Positions 43,276-55,286 are shown, counted from the first letter of the whole stretch. The stretch: DNA of 63,826 bases, filler included, from 7 parts of 7 records of this genome joined end to end with filler, not necessarily neighbours in it; one strand, 5' to 3'. The notes: generated by a model from the letters alone, not told the origin. Program-made: numbers and translations.

Positions 43276-44069
43276 ATGAGCGAAAACAGCGATCCAAAAT
43301 CCCTTCTCACTCACATCGACGCAGTAAAAAAAGGCAAAAGAACCTTTGAGGATGCTTTTCAAGGGGTTTCAAGGATGATCCTCGAGTCCGGGGTGGAAAA
43401 GATCAATGTCAAAGGGCGTACCACTTATAATTTCGGACTTTTCAGCAAGGGGAAAAAGCATCTGGTCGGCATGTATGACGAGATCAACAGCTTTTCCTCC
43501 TTTGTGAAGGACGCCTCCGAAGGCGGATCCTCCAGGGAGATGGCCTTTGTACTGGTGGGCGAGCCGGGAAACGGTAAAACCTTTTTTGTGGACTACCTCT
43601 GCAACGCCTATCGAAATTTTCTTACAAAGTCGGAGAATCGGAAATACACATTCCGGTTTAAAAATCTCGATCAATTAGAGGGATACGGTAAAATTCGAAT
43701 CATTGAATCCCAAACATATGAAGATCCCATGATTCTTGCTATGGGCCTTGGAGAGACGCAGGATCAATCCGGAGCGATTTTGAGCGAAAAGTTCGGGTTT
43801 TCAGACAGTCAGGTGGATGACTTATTGGATCTTTACCGTCCCTTGGGCGCCTGTTCCGGCTACATCTGGCATCAGATCCGGACCCATTGCGATGATGATC
43901 TGGATAAAATGCTCTCATTCATAGATATTATTCCCGTCCCCCTCACCGAAAGCCTTGGAACGGTGACCGGAAAATATCCGGCAAAGGATAAAATCACGTC
44001 ATCCGCTGTGGACCTTCTGGGTGAAGAGTCCATCCAGAGACTGCTTCACATCACCGATACCAACAACCC
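43276..44069 (+). CDS. PrkA-family AAA+ serine protein kinase, 3'-truncated
   Basis: Walker A GEPGNGKT and SQTYEDPM; GGAGG RBS. Confidence 0.75.
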
Positions 44070-44169
44070 NNNNNNNNNNNNNNNNNNNNNNNNNNNNNNN
44101 NNNNNNNNNNNNNTTAATTAATTAANNNNNNNNNNNNNNNNNNNNNNNNNNNNNNNNNNNNNNNNNNNN
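44070..44169. other. Artificial contig linker
   Basis: N-TTAATTAATTAA-N. Confidence 0.98.
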
Positions 44170-45135
44170 ATTAACAGGAATTCCCTTTTCCATGTTTTCT
44201 TTTCTTCTGTTCAAAGATCTTTCCCCAGGATAATATATATTTTCGCCTTGCGTCGCTGCTTCGGATGACTTTATATATTCAATTGTTTGCTTAATTTTTT
44301 CATCTATTAAAGATTTCTCTACATTCTTTGTTGGATCAATGGCTATAAAAACCTGAGAAACCGCAGTTTCTACTGGTTTTTCACCTATCTCTTTTGTACT
44401 GAGTCCGCCTGATAAAATGGTAGCAAGTAAATCCAATACAATAGAAAGTCCCGAACCCTTCCAGAAACCTGTAGGCAGAATACGACCACTTTGCAAAACC
44501 TCTTTAGGCTCTTTAGTTAGCTCGCCTTCATTATTAAAACCACCCTGCATAGGGAGTTTTTGATTTTCTAATGCCAATGTTTCCATTTTGCCATAGGAAA
44601 ACTGAGACATGGCCATATCTAGCACAACTGGTGATTCATCATTTGGGATAGAGATAATCATTGGGTTATTGCCAATATGGCTGTTTTCAGCACCCCATGC
44701 CGGCATATTAGGCAAAGTATTTGTAAAACATATACCAATCAATCCTTGCTTCGCTGCTTGAATGCCATAAGTTGCACCTCTCATCCAATGGTTGGTGTTT
44801 TTTAAGGCCACGCATCCAACGCCACTCGAATCAGCAAGAGACATTGCTCTTTGCATAGCAAACCAAGCATTTGTAGGTCCAAGTCCCATTTTACCATCTA
44901 CAACTTCTATCGCACCAAAATTCGAGATTACTTCTGGTTTTTCATTTGCTTTAATATATCCATTGTCCATATATTCAATCATTTTTAAAAAACGATTAAC
45001 ACCATGAGAAGCAACACCATCACATGTATTATCTGTTAATATCACCGAAGTTTTTTCTGCCAAATCTTTGTCTACGCCCTTGTTTAGTAAAATATTATAT
45101 AGCGTTTGTTTCATTTCATTATAGTCAATTCTCAT
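44170..45135 (-). CDS. yiaK: Ldh_2 family dehydrogenase, 3-dehydro-L-gulonate 2-dehydrogenase (YiaK/DlgD)-like
   Basis: SHGVNRF, NHWMRG, DMAMSQFSYG and GFWKGSGLS. Confidence 0.8.
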
Positions 45136-45270
45136 AATATATCGTCCATTCTTATTTATGGTTCTATAATAATACAAAACAAGGGTTTTTAAAAGCCTAA
45201 TTTAACGATATTTTTAATACTACAGCTTAACTTTTACGCAACAATATCATTTTTTTATGGTTAAATAACA

Positions 45271-45708
45271 CTAGTCAAAATTTACGCCTGCAACAACTAC
45301 GATATTGCCATAAAACGTAAATTCACCAGTTCTTATATAGGCTCTTATTTCATTGTCATCAAATCCACCAGAAAGAATCGCAGATTTAAATTCTATATGT
45401 GGAATAATCTCTTGCTCCACATCAACGCCTTTATCATCTAACAGACCATTTATTCCATCATAGAAACTCTTGCTTGTTTCAAGTGTTTCAGCCGCATATA
45501 TTTTTTTTTCGATGACCAATTCATCCAGCAAGGCATTTAGTACCTGTTTTACTGTGGGGATATTTTTACTTAAAGCAAGGTCTATACATTTAACATTTTT
45601 ATTAGTAGGTAGAGGAAAGCCTCTATCCACAATTGCAATCATATCTCCATGCCCTGTTTCAGCCACAAGTTTTGCTAACTCGATATTTAATATTCCTTTA
45701 GATTTCAT
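45271..45708 (-). CDS. RbsD/FucU family pyranase/mutarotase
   Basis: GHGDMIAIVDRGFP and IRTGEFTFYGN. Confidence 0.88.
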   Translation of the reverse strand: MKSKGILNIELAKLVAETGHGDMIAIVDRGFPLPTNKNVKCIDLALSKNIPTVKQVLNALLDELVIEKKIYAAETLETSKSFYDGINGLLDDKGVDVEQEIIPHIEFKSAILSGGFDDNEIRAYIRTGEFTFYGNIVVVAGVNFD

Positions 45709-45722
45709 GATTCAACTCCTAT

Positions 45723-47183
45723 TTATTTTAGCATTGTGCGCTTTAACGCATCTTTCCAACCGTCATAATATTTAGTTCTGTCCTCTAAGTTCATTTTTGG
45801 CTCAAAAATTTCATAATTGCTTTTTAAGTTTTCTATCTCTGCTTTATCTTTAAAAATACCAACTGCTATACCCGCTGCAAACATAGCCCCTTGTGCTGAT
45901 AATTCTTCAATCTCTGCTTTAACAAGATTCGCCCTAATCATATCGCTTACAAACTGCATTAATAGCGTATTATTAGTCGCACCTCCATCTACATTTATAA
46001 CATCCACTGGGTTTCCTATATCATTAGCAACCGCTTGGGTAATATCACAAATTTGATAGCCAATTGATTCCAGCCCTGCTCTGGCTATATGATTTTTTGT
46101 TGTATCCCTTCGTATGCCACACATAAGCCCTTTACAGTCATAATCCCAGTGCGGTGCAGATAGCCCATGAAATGCTGGTACCAAATAAAGACCATTAGAA
46201 TCTTCCACTTGATTCGCCATTTCTTCCGACTCCTTAGCATCAGACATAATATCCATGCCCTCGCAGAGCCACTTTATTGTGTCACCACTTGAGTTTATAT
46301 TGCCCTCAAATACATATTCTACCTTACCAGAAATACCCCACGCAATTGATGTTACAAGACCATTTTGAGATTGCGTTGGCTTATCTCCGATATTGATCAT
46401 TATAGATGCACCTGTACCAAATGTAGCTTTTCCAGTTCCCTTTTCAAAACACTTTTGACCAAACAGTGCACCGTGAGAATCACCCATAACACCACTTACT
46501 GGTATAGGTTCGTCAAACATTCCTTCTACTGTCGTATAGCCAAAAATCTCATCCGAATATTTAACTTCAGGAAAATCCAAATCCTTAAGCCCAAATATAT
46601 CAATCAGTTTTTCATCCCATTTTTTTTCTGCAATATTGAACAGCTGTGTTCTAGAAGCGTTTGAGTAATCCGTTGCATGTTTACCTGTAAGCTTCCAGAT
46701 CAGCCAGCTATCTATAGTGCCAAACAACGTTCCTCTTTCTACATGTACATTGTCACATATCCACTTAGCCTTAGAGGAGGAAAAATAAGGAGAAATATTA
46801 ATACCTGTCGCTTGCTTTATATAATCTGCCTCATCGGCAATCTTTTTTTCTTTTATCAAATCTTTACCACGACTGCACTGCCACACGATGGCATTATAAA
46901 CTGGTTTGCCGGTTTTATCCCATAAAATTGTTGTTTCTCTTTGATTTGTAAGCGCAATTGCTACAACTAGCTTTTTATCAATACCAGTTTTTTCAATGAC
47001 TTGTTTCATTACATCAACTGTATTTTGATATATCTCTTGTCCATCATGTTCAACCCATCCAGACTTTGGATATATCTGTTTATGTGCTATATTACTTCTG
47101 CCCTTAAGTTTACCGTATTCGTCAAAAATAATCGCTTTTGTCGCAGTCGTACTTTGATCTATTGTTAATATATATTTGCTCAT
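45723..47183 (-). CDS. FGGY carbohydrate kinase, glycerol kinase-like
   Basis: IDQSTTATK, TNQRET, TDYSNASRT and VDGG. Confidence 0.9.
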   Translation of the reverse strand: MSKYILTIDQSTTATKAIIFDEYGKLKGRSNIAHKQIYPKSGWVEHDGQEIYQNTVDVMKQVIEKTGIDKKLVVAIALTNQRETTILWDKTGKPVYNAIVWQCSRGKDLIKEKKIADEADYIKQATGINISPYFSSSKAKWICDNVHVERGTLFGTIDSWLIWKLTGKHATDYSNASRTQLFNIAEKKWDEKLIDIFGLKDLDFPEVKYSDEIFGYTTVEGMFDEPIPVSGVMGDSHGALFGQKCFEKGTGKATFGTGASIMINIGDKPTQSQNGLVTSIAWGISGKVEYVFEGNINSSGDTIKWLCEGMDIMSDAKESEEMANQVEDSNGLYLVPAFHGLSAPHWDYDCKGLMCGIRRDTTKNHIARAGLESIGYQICDITQAVANDIGNPVDVINVDGGATNNTLLMQFVSDMIRANLVKAEIEELSAQGAMFAAGIAVGIFKDKAEIENLKSNYEIFEPKMNLEDRTKYYDGWKDALKRTMLK

Positions 47184-47250
47184 ATTTTGCTCCAAAATTG
47201 ATGAGACTATATAAACTATAGTCTCATATCTTTACTTGAATATTTAATTA

Positions 47251-48663
47251 CTATTCACCCATTAACCAAGCTAGAATTTTTTCTTCCATATCCTTGTTAT
47301 AAAAATCCATCTTAAAGCCTAAATATCTTTGAGCTTCATAAAGAACAGCCATAACATTTTTGTATACACCAACACAGTGATGAACATAAGGACCTTCAAC
47401 TATTTTACGCTCAAGAAGCGGCCAATTTTCTACTTCGATCCAACCATATGATACAGCATTATACTTACCATCAATTACTTTTGCTGTTCCTGCTAGCATC
47501 GTATATTCACCATTGTCACCGTCGAAACGACCTATAGTAATATCACCACGCTTTAATTCTTGGCTAACCGCACCCGGGCATTGTGATTCGAATACAAATG
47601 GTGTTCCAATTTTCTTTTCTCCTCTAGCCAAAGAAGTAGGGAAGTTTCCGCAATGCTGTAATAATTCTGCGTTATCATTTTTAGTATCACGCAATGTCCA
47701 ATCTGCAAAAAAGATTGGTTCATCCATTGCTGCTGCCTGCATAATTGCAGATGTAATTGCTCCATGAATATCAGTTTCGCAAACTACTGGCAAACCTTCA
47801 TCAGTAAGCATTCCATTAGCTGCACAAGGCATAATGCCTATTTCATCCTGTAATGCAGTCCAACATTGAATGGCCGCCACAGAACAACCTTTTTCGTCTG
47901 CCATTTCTTTCATTGCTATTTTAAGCGCCGCTACCGTTTTTATCTTATCTTCCTTCATACATACTGTCATGTTTTCTTTTATGTATTTTATAGCTTCGCT
48001 AGTTTTATTATCATCAGCTTCAATTTCTTTAACACGCTTTGTAAGCTCTGGCATAGCAACTGGTACAATTTGAATGCCAAACTGTTCTAAAAGCTCACCT
48101 TCATTACACATCATAGTCCAAAAATCAGCTGGCCTTGTTGATAATTGAAGAATCTTCATGCTCTTAAATTCTTTAACTACATTAACTACCGATCTGAAAA
48201 CTTTTATACCGCGTTCAAAAGCAACGTCTTTAATTCTGCAGTTTGTCATGTAATTAAAAGGAATTCTGAATCTACGTAGAACCTTACCTGTTGCAAAAAG
48301 TCCGCACTGTGAATCCGTTAGGCGATACCCTTCCATTGTTGGGTCACCGTCTCTTGGTCCCCAAATAAGCACAGGAACATTTAATTCCTTTGCCACCTTA
48401 CACACTAAATCTTCTGTTCCAAAGTTTACATGAGGAAAAAACAGACCATCTACTTTTTCACGTTTGAACTTCTCAACTGTTTTTTCAACAGTTTCGTCGC
48501 CAAAAAGTAGTCCTTCTTCGCTTACATCTTCAATATCAACGTAGTCGATTCCAAGCTCATCAAGTCTTTTATATGTTTCGCCCTTTAATCTAAACGCCTC
48601 TTCTTTACTGAAAATATTTCTTCTTGTTGGTGCTACACCAATTTTGACATCAAATTTTTTCAT
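47251..48663 (-). CDS. L-fucose/L-arabinose isomerase family protein
   Basis: AIQCW, CETDIHGA, QHCG and GPYVHH. Confidence 0.85.
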   Translation of the reverse strand: MKKFDVKIGVAPTRRNIFSKEEAFRLKGETYKRLDELGIDYVDIEDVSEEGLLFGDETVEKTVEKFKREKVDGLFFPHVNFGTEDLVCKVAKELNVPVLIWGPRDGDPTMEGYRLTDSQCGLFATGKVLRRFRIPFNYMTNCRIKDVAFERGIKVFRSVVNVVKEFKSMKILQLSTRPADFWTMMCNEGELLEQFGIQIVPVAMPELTKRVKEIEADDNKTSEAIKYIKENMTVCMKEDKIKTVAALKIAMKEMADEKGCSVAAIQCWTALQDEIGIMPCAANGMLTDEGLPVVCETDIHGAITSAIMQAAAMDEPIFFADWTLRDTKNDNAELLQHCGNFPTSLARGEKKIGTPFVFESQCPGAVSQELKRGDITIGRFDGDNGEYTMLAGTAKVIDGKYNAVSYGWIEVENWPLLERKIVEGPYVHHCVGVYKNVMAVLYEAQRYLGFKMDFYNKDMEEKILAWLMGE

Positions 48664-48767
48664 AACTTTCTCCTGCGGGTGCTTTTTACCCCATTTTACA
48701 AACTTCAACCTAACTATCGATCATTTTGATCCAGTTGTCGCTTTTTATTTATGTTTTTTACTACAAA

Positions 48768-49823
48768 TTAAGCTTCTCTACTTTGAAGTGCCATTTTCTT
48801 TTCCATGTCTCTTTGAATCTGGTCTATGATAACAGCAAAAATGATAACCGCACCTTTAATAATCATCTGCCAGAATGAAGATAAGCCAAGCATGATCATA
48901 CCGTCATTCAAAACTCCTATAACGAAAGCACCAACAATAGTGCCCCCTACAGTTCCAACCCCACCTGCCATAGATGTTCCGCCAAGTACAGCAGAGGCGA
49001 TTGCGTTCATTTCCCATGTTTCTCCTGTTGCTGGATGAGCTGCTTCTAGGCTTGCTGCGGCAAATACACCAATAATAGCAGAACACAGACCAGAGAAAAC
49101 AAACACATACATTTTGATGTTGCTAACTTTAACACCAGAAAGCTTTGCAGCGTTTTCGTTTCCGCCAACTGCATATATATGCCAGCCTCTTGGTGTTTTC
49201 TTTAATATATATGATCCTATAAGACCTACAATAATCATACATACGATTATTACAGGTATACCTAGTATCGTACCTGAACCAAGCCATGGCAAGCCTGTGT
49301 TACCATACTCTGGCGTTCCTGCAAGGTTAGAAAAAGTTGAACCCTGGTTAGAAAGCAACGCAACACCACGAGCAACATACATCATACCAAGCGTTGCTAT
49401 AAACGCTGGCACTTTGAATTTACTTACCAAGATACCATTTATAGATCCGACAAACATACCAACTAGTAACCCAATTACTATTACAATCCATACATTTAAA
49501 TATACTGTAACACCTTGGGCAGGGAACGATATTCCCTTGGCAATTAACCCACCAACAACCATACCAGAAAGCCCCGCTACCGAACCAACTGACAGGTCAA
49601 TATCCCCTGCGATAATAACAAACGTCATACCAATAGCTAAAATAGCATATCTTGCAACGTGTTTTGAAACCGACATTATTGTCTGGAATTGTAGGAATTT
49701 ATCCTCCAATATTGAAAATACAATAACCAATACTATCAATGCAATAAATGTACGCCCTTTTAAAAGAAGCATTCCAAGGCTTCCATTGTTTTTCTTAATT
49801 GCTTTTTTGTTTGATGCAGCCAT
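48768..49823 (-). CDS. Sugar ABC transporter permease (RbsC-like)
   Basis: IDLSVGS, GGNENAAKLSG and VLGGTSMAGG. Confidence 0.93.
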   Translation of the reverse strand: MAASNKKAIKKNNGSLGMLLLKGRTFIALIVLVIVFSILEDKFLQFQTIMSVSKHVARYAILAIGMTFVIIAGDIDLSVGSVAGLSGMVVGGLIAKGISFPAQGVTVYLNVWIVIVIGLLVGMFVGSINGILVSKFKVPAFIATLGMMYVARGVALLSNQGSTFSNLAGTPEYGNTGLPWLGSGTILGIPVIIVCMIIVGLIGSYILKKTPRGWHIYAVGGNENAAKLSGVKVSNIKMYVFVFSGLCSAIIGVFAAASLEAAHPATGETWEMNAIASAVLGGTSMAGGVGTVGGTIVGAFVIGVLNDGMIMLGLSSFWQMIIKGAVIIFAVIIDQIQRDMEKKMALQSREA

Positions 49824-49825
49824 GC

Positions 49826-51385
49826 TTACACCCCTCCTATATCACTTGCTTTTTTCTTAATTTCAATTTCAGAATATTCAACCAACTTGCCTTCTGTCGC
49901 CTCTTGCTTAGAAAGCTCACCCGAAAGCTTACCTTCGGATAGAACTATAATTCTGTCCGAAACCCTCAGGATTTCTCCCAGTTCAGATGCCACAACAATA
50001 ACAGCATAGCCCTGATTTGCAAATTCATATATCAACTTAAACACTTCTTCTTTTGCACCAACGTCGATGCCTCTAGTCGGTTCATCCATAAGCAGTATTT
50101 TAGGCTGTGTTAAAATTCCTTTTCCTATAACAACTTTCTGTTGATTTCCTCCAGAAAGCGAGAAGATAGGAAGCTTTTTATCTGCAACTTTAATATACAG
50201 CTTTTCAATAGCCTCTTCGGTTTTTCGATCCTCGTCTTTTTTTACAATTGTACCGAACTTTGTTAGTCTTTCTAGGCTTGATAGCGTTAAGTTCTTTTGT
50301 ATATTAAGCGAGTGAACCAGTCCCCCGTCTTTTCTATCTTCAGGAATCATGAAAAACCCTTTTTCGATTTGCTCAGGAATACCTTTAGGGTTTATCTCAT
50401 TCCCTTGGAAGAACACTTTTCCGTCCATCTCTGGGCGCATCCCCATCAAACATTCCAAAAGCTCCGTTCTTCCAGAACCAAGCAATCCATAAACACCTAG
50501 TACTTCACCTTGTTTTAAATCAAATGATACATTTTCAAGAGCATTACCAATACCTTCTGAAGGCAATGTTAAATCTTGTACTCTTAAAATTTCATCACCA
50601 ATTGCATGGTCATGTTTTTGTACCTTAACTTCGCTTCTCTCTTTACCAACCATATTGCGTACTATCCAAGAAATATCAATATCCTCAATATAATCTTCCG
50701 CTACCTTATATCCATCACGCAATATAGTCACATAGTCTCCAATTTGCATGATTTCTTCCATTCTGTGCGATATATAGACTATGGATATACCTTTATTTTT
50801 AAGTTCATTGATTACTTTAAACAACATCTTAACTTCTGCATTACTTAATGAGGAAGTTGGTTCATCCATAATAAGGACTTTTGTATTTTCTTGAATCATA
50901 GATTTTGCAATTTCAACAATCTGCTGCTGACCCATTCTTAAATCACCGACACGTGTTTTTGGGTCAATCTCGTGTTCGAGATGCTTTAGTACCTCTTTTG
51001 CCTTAACATAATGCGCTCTGTTGTTTAAAAGCGTACCTTTACCATGTGTGTATTCTTGCCCCATAAACATGTTCTGCATTACAGAAAGTTCAGCAAACAA
51101 GTTGAGTTCTTGGTGAATCATCCCTATGCCTTTTTTTGCAGCATCCTTAGGTCCATCCACCTTTATTTTTTCACCCTCAAGATAAAGCTCGCCTTCTGTT
51201 GGTTGCTCTATGCCAGCTAACGCCTTCATAAGCGTTGATTTTCCTGCACCATTTTCACCAATAAGGATATTAACTTTACCCTTGTATACTTTGAACGAAA
51301 CATCTTTTAGAGCAATTGTACCAGGATAAACCTTGGTGATATTCTTTGCTTCCATGATGGTTTCGGTAAATTTATTCTCAGCCAT
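49826..51385 (-). CDS. Sugar ABC transporter ATPase (RbsA-like)
   Basis: GENGAGKST, MDEPT twice and LSGGNQQK. Confidence 0.95.
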   Translation of the reverse strand: MAENKFTETIMEAKNITKVYPGTIALKDVSFKVYKGKVNILIGENGAGKSTLMKALAGIEQPTEGELYLEGEKIKVDGPKDAAKKGIGMIHQELNLFAELSVMQNMFMGQEYTHGKGTLLNNRAHYVKAKEVLKHLEHEIDPKTRVGDLRMGQQQIVEIAKSMIQENTKVLIMDEPTSSLSNAEVKMLFKVINELKNKGISIVYISHRMEEIMQIGDYVTILRDGYKVAEDYIEDIDISWIVRNMVGKERSEVKVQKHDHAIGDEILRVQDLTLPSEGIGNALENVSFDLKQGEVLGVYGLLGSGRTELLECLMGMRPEMDGKVFFQGNEINPKGIPEQIEKGFFMIPEDRKDGGLVHSLNIQKNLTLSSLERLTKFGTIVKKDEDRKTEEAIEKLYIKVADKKLPIFSLSGGNQQKVVIGKGILTQPKILLMDEPTRGIDVGAKEEVFKLIYEFANQGYAVIVVASELGEILRVSDRIIVLSEGKLSGELSKQEATEGKLVEYSEIEIKKKASDIGGV

Positions 51386-51479
51386 ATATATGCCCATTCC
51401 TTTCGTCGAACTTATCCACGAAAAAACTTAACTTTTTATTATAAGTTTAAAATGTGGAGTTTCAAACTTTTCCAAGCGA

Positions 51480-52193
51480 TTATGACTCGCTATCTTCTTG
51501 CTCTTCAACTTGCTCAGCTTCTTGACTCGCAACACCCGGCTCTAAAACAACAGGTGTAATCAAAACGCCATCGCCATCAGGAAAAATACCTGTAACAATT
51601 ATCTCTTCACCCAATTTATCATCGACACCAAAAGGTGCTACTGTAGTATTTTCGATATAGGCATTAACCGCTTTTCCAACATCACCAAATGCAAGCTGGT
51701 TTTTAAACTGTTCGAATGTAATAAACGGTATAGCATCTCTTACAGTATTTCCTTTATAAACGGCTCCAATTTGAACATATGCGTCAACTACATCGTCATA
51801 AGGCGCAATATCAATGCCCATTTTTCCAGCTTTAGAATCTCTGTTTATTTCTAAAACTTTAACTTGACCAGTTACAATAAATGTTGCAGTATCCGCTTCT
51901 GTTATATCTGAAGAAACAAAATCTTTTATACATTTTTCTTTATCTGTTGTATATGCATTATATACATCTTCTAAAGGGTACGCGTTAGAAACCGTGTACT
52001 CAACCAAATCTGTCCATACACCCTCAACATATGCATCAGGGTCTAAATCTTTATCTGTCTGCTCAGCATAACCCGCTGATACTTCTTCTCTTTCTTCTTC
52101 CATTGGCACAACGGTATAAAGGTTGCATCCAACGAAAAACATAGTAAAAGCCAAAAGGCAAATTACCAAAAACAATGTAAGCCATTTTTTCAT
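51480..52193 (-). CDS. DUF2291-like lipoprotein
   Basis: Lipobox FVGC; QIGAVYKGNTVRDA...FEQFKNQ; located between the binding protein and ATPase genes. Confidence 0.7.
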   Translation of the reverse strand: MKKWLTLFLVICLLAFTMFFVGCNLYTVVPMEEEREEVSAGYAEQTDKDLDPDAYVEGVWTDLVEYTVSNAYPLEDVYNAYTTDKEKCIKDFVSSDITEADTATFIVTGQVKVLEINRDSKAGKMGIDIAPYDDVVDAYVQIGAVYKGNTVRDAIPFITFEQFKNQLAFGDVGKAVNAYIENTTVAPFGVDDKLGEEIIVTGIFPDGDGVLITPVVLEPGVASQEAEQVEEQEDSES

Positions 52194-52340
52194 TTCATTC
52201 TACTCCTTAAACAAATTTGAAACTATATAGTATATTTTAAAGCATCCCCGCGTATTTTGAAATACACTATATTTTATAAGGTGCTGATTTATGTATCAGC
52301 ACCTTATTATTTAGCTTGTTTTAATTCTTATTTAAATCAA

Positions 52341-52641
<301 letters not shown>

Positions 52642-52741
52642 NNNNNNNNNNNNNNNNNNNNNNNNNNNNNNNNNNNNNNNNNNNNTTAATTAATTAANNN
52701 NNNNNNNNNNNNNNNNNNNNNNNNNNNNNNNNNNNNNNNNN
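52642..52741. other. Artificial contig linker
   Basis: N-TTAATTAATTAA-N. Confidence 0.98.
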
Positions 52742-52771
52742 GCTGTTGATGGTGGATGGTTAGCTAGATAA
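52742..52771 (+). CDS. C-terminus of a KduD-like SDR
   Basis: AVDGGWLAR* is the typical KduD ending; followed by hairpin GGGCTGG-GAAAT-CCAGCCC plus T tract near 52814-52836. Confidence 0.55.
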   Translation, partial: AVDGGWLAR

Positions 52772-52857
52772 TAGAGTAGCCTTCTTAGTAAAAATTAATA
52801 TAAAGTGGCATTGGGGCTGGGAAATCCAGCCCTTTTGCTTTTTTATAGTGAAAATAC

Positions 52858-52961
52858 AAATTTTGTAAGATTATGAAAAATTCAGTTTTTTTAAATTTCT
52901 AGTGAAACTGAAAATTTTGCTTTATTGTTAGTGAGATTTAAATTTTGTAAGATTATGAAAA
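52858..52961. repeat. 22-bp intergenic direct repeat, 2 copies
   Basis: AAATTTTGTAAGATTATGAAAA at 52858 and 52940, each preceded by TAGTGA. Confidence 0.75.
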
Positions 52962-53022
52962 GTTTGGCTTATCTTTTAATTTTTTAATGAAGCCAAGCCT
53001 TTTCTTTATTGAAAGGGGTAAG

Positions 53023-54178
53023 ATGCACAAAAGAAATACTTTTTTAACGCTTGCTTTTTATTACACTTTTGTGTTTATGGCAGGTTCAATAGTGAACGCA
53101 TATATAAATGTTTATTTCGCATCAATAGAGCTTAGTTATACCCAGATAGGTTTCTTAAGCTCAATAGGGGCCTTTGTTAGTTTGATTTCTCAACCAATAT
53201 GGGGATCATTAACTGATAATTCTAAGAATAAAAATAGTATCATGAAAATAATGCTAATAGGCTCGTTAAGTATGATATGGTTAATTCCACTAGCAGGAAA
53301 TAGATATTTGCTGATAATACCAGCTGTAATGGCATTTAACTTTTTCATAAAGCTATGGCTCCAATCAATGATACTGTAGCAATAGAGCTGTCTCATAGGG
53401 AGAGATTTAAATTTTCAAATATTAGACTAATAGGTTCATTGAGTTATGCTATAATGACTGCCATTGGTGGAAGATTAATGGGAGTTAACGTTATGTCGAT
53501 GTTTTATATCTGCTTCTTTGGGATGACAATGGCATTTCTTATATCATTTTTTATTCCAGAGGTAAAAGGACATAACGAAAAGAAAAATCAGAAAAAATTT
53601 ATCGAGCTTTTCAAAGATAAAAAGCTAATATTTATATATTTTTATGTATTTATTCTGTCTTCGACAAATGCTTTTTTCAATCCTTTCATGCTATATATTG
53701 TAAAGAGATTGGCATAGATTTAGGTGTAATTGGTATAGGGATAATGATAGGTTCCCTTAGTCAATTTCCTATAATGTTTGTTTTTGAAAAAATACATAAG
53801 AAGTTTGGAATTATCAGCCTGATGAGTATTTCAGGTTTAGCGTACTCGTTTAGATGGTTATTCTACGGAACTATGCTATCAGAGAAGAATATCCTTTTCA
53901 TTTGGCTGATACATGGTTTTAATTATATGTTACTTTATCTTTGCTTAGTTGATTATGTACAGACAAATGTACCAAAGGAGCTTGTTACCAGAGGGCAGGT
54001 TATGAATCAGCTTACTCTCTTTGGTTTTAGTTTTGTAATAGGTAGTTTTGTAGGTGGACATATGAGTAAATTAGTGGGAGCAGACAAGGTATTTGTTATT
54101 AACGGAATTATTTGTTTAATAGCATCAATATGCTTCAATATATTAGCCAAAAAGAAAAAATGGATAGTTGTTAATTAG
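53023..54178 (+). CDS. MFS transporter (MFS_1_like/LacY-like), with two frameshifts
   Basis: QPIWGSLTD, IRLIGSLSY and IHGFNY spread over three consecutive ORFs. Confidence 0.8.
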
Positions 54179-54365
54179 TATAAAATGTTTAGTTTTAGGT
54201 TATATTTAGGTGTGAAAAGAGTAATTTAGGGGAATGCCACAATTATTTAGTTTTGTATGTTATAATAAGCATATTTTAGTATGTAAAAGTGAAAAGAGTA
54301 ATTTCAGAAAAGTTTGGTTTCTTTCTATTGATTCCATATACTTTTCCAATTGAAAGAGAGGAATC

Positions 54366-55286
54366 ATGGAAATATTGTTAATAAAATTTATACCAATAGT
54401 GTTATTATTGGGTTTAGGCTATACATTACAAAAAACTGATCAAATAAATGATGAAGTAATAGCTGGATTGAAGTATATATTGATGAATTTGTCGATACCG
54501 CCAGTTATTTTTATGGCGTATGTCAAGACAGACCTGCAAAGTAAGTATTTTTTAATATTTATACTTATGTTTGGAGTTTGTTGTATGATGTTTTATTCTG
54601 CCAAATTCCTAAAAGGCTTCGTGTCATCAGAGTACACGGGCTGGTATCTAACTGCGTTTGAAAATGGACTGTTGGGAATACCGTTGTTTACTGCCATATG
54701 GGGAATGGAAGCGCTACCTATGATTTCTCTATTGGGAATAGGTAATGCCATCTTTATCTGGTTCGTATATATGCCACAGTTGGAGAGAAAGAATAGCGGC
54801 GTTGTAGATGTAGTTGCTCTATTAAAATCAATGGCCAAATCTAGAGTTCTAGTTTGTATATTAGTTGGATTGATACTAAATAAAACTGGTGTTTTTGTTA
54901 GAATAGAAAATCATGTCGTGACTAGAAGTTTATGGTCACTGTTTGAAATTTTAGGGAAAACGGCAACTCCGCTAATATTGCTAATTTTGGGTTATGGAAT
55001 TAAGTTTGATAACTCGGAAATAGTTAAAACATTAAAGTATATTATGGTTAGATTTGTACTTTCCGCCTTTGGAGGGGCAATAATGTACTTACTAATAATA
55101 AAATACGTTGGGATAATAGATCCACTGTTTCCTAAGATTTTCTTTGCGTATATTTTATTACCGCCTCCCTTCTTACTTCCAATCTTTATAAAAGATGATA
55201 AAAAAGAGGAGAATTTTTTTAGTAATGCGCTTATAGGATATACATTTTTCTTTTTAGTAGGACTAGCAGTAATTACATATGTATAA
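54366..55286 (+). CDS. AEC (auxin efflux carrier/malate permease) family transporter
   Basis: About 10 TM; ENGLLGIPL and TPLILLILG. Confidence 0.75.
   Translation: MEILLIKFIPIVLLLGLGYTLQKTDQINDEVIAGLKYILMNLSIPPVIFMAYVKTDLQSKYFLIFILMFGVCCMMFYSAKFLKGFVSSEYTGWYLTAFENGLLGIPLFTAIWGMEALPMISLLGIGNAIFIWFVYMPQLERKNSGVVDVVALLKSMAKSRVLVCILVGLILNKTGVFVRIENHVVTRSLWSLFEILGKTATPLILLILGYGIKFDNSEIVKTLKYIMVRFVLSAFGGAIMYLLIIKYVGIIDPLFPKIFFAYILLPPPFLLPIFIKDDKKEENFFSNALIGYTFFFLVGLAVITYV

Noticed and set aside
47201-47227. Perfect hairpin ATGAGACTATA/TATAGTCTCAT between the isomerase and kinase genes
   Set aside because: Most simply an intra-operon stability or terminator hairpin
52846-52961. Possible CRISPR array from spaced direct repeats on the cas contig
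   Set aside because: Only two 22-bp copies 82 bp apart, no CRISPR-like terminal motif, and 4.4 kb from cas6 in a transporter leader
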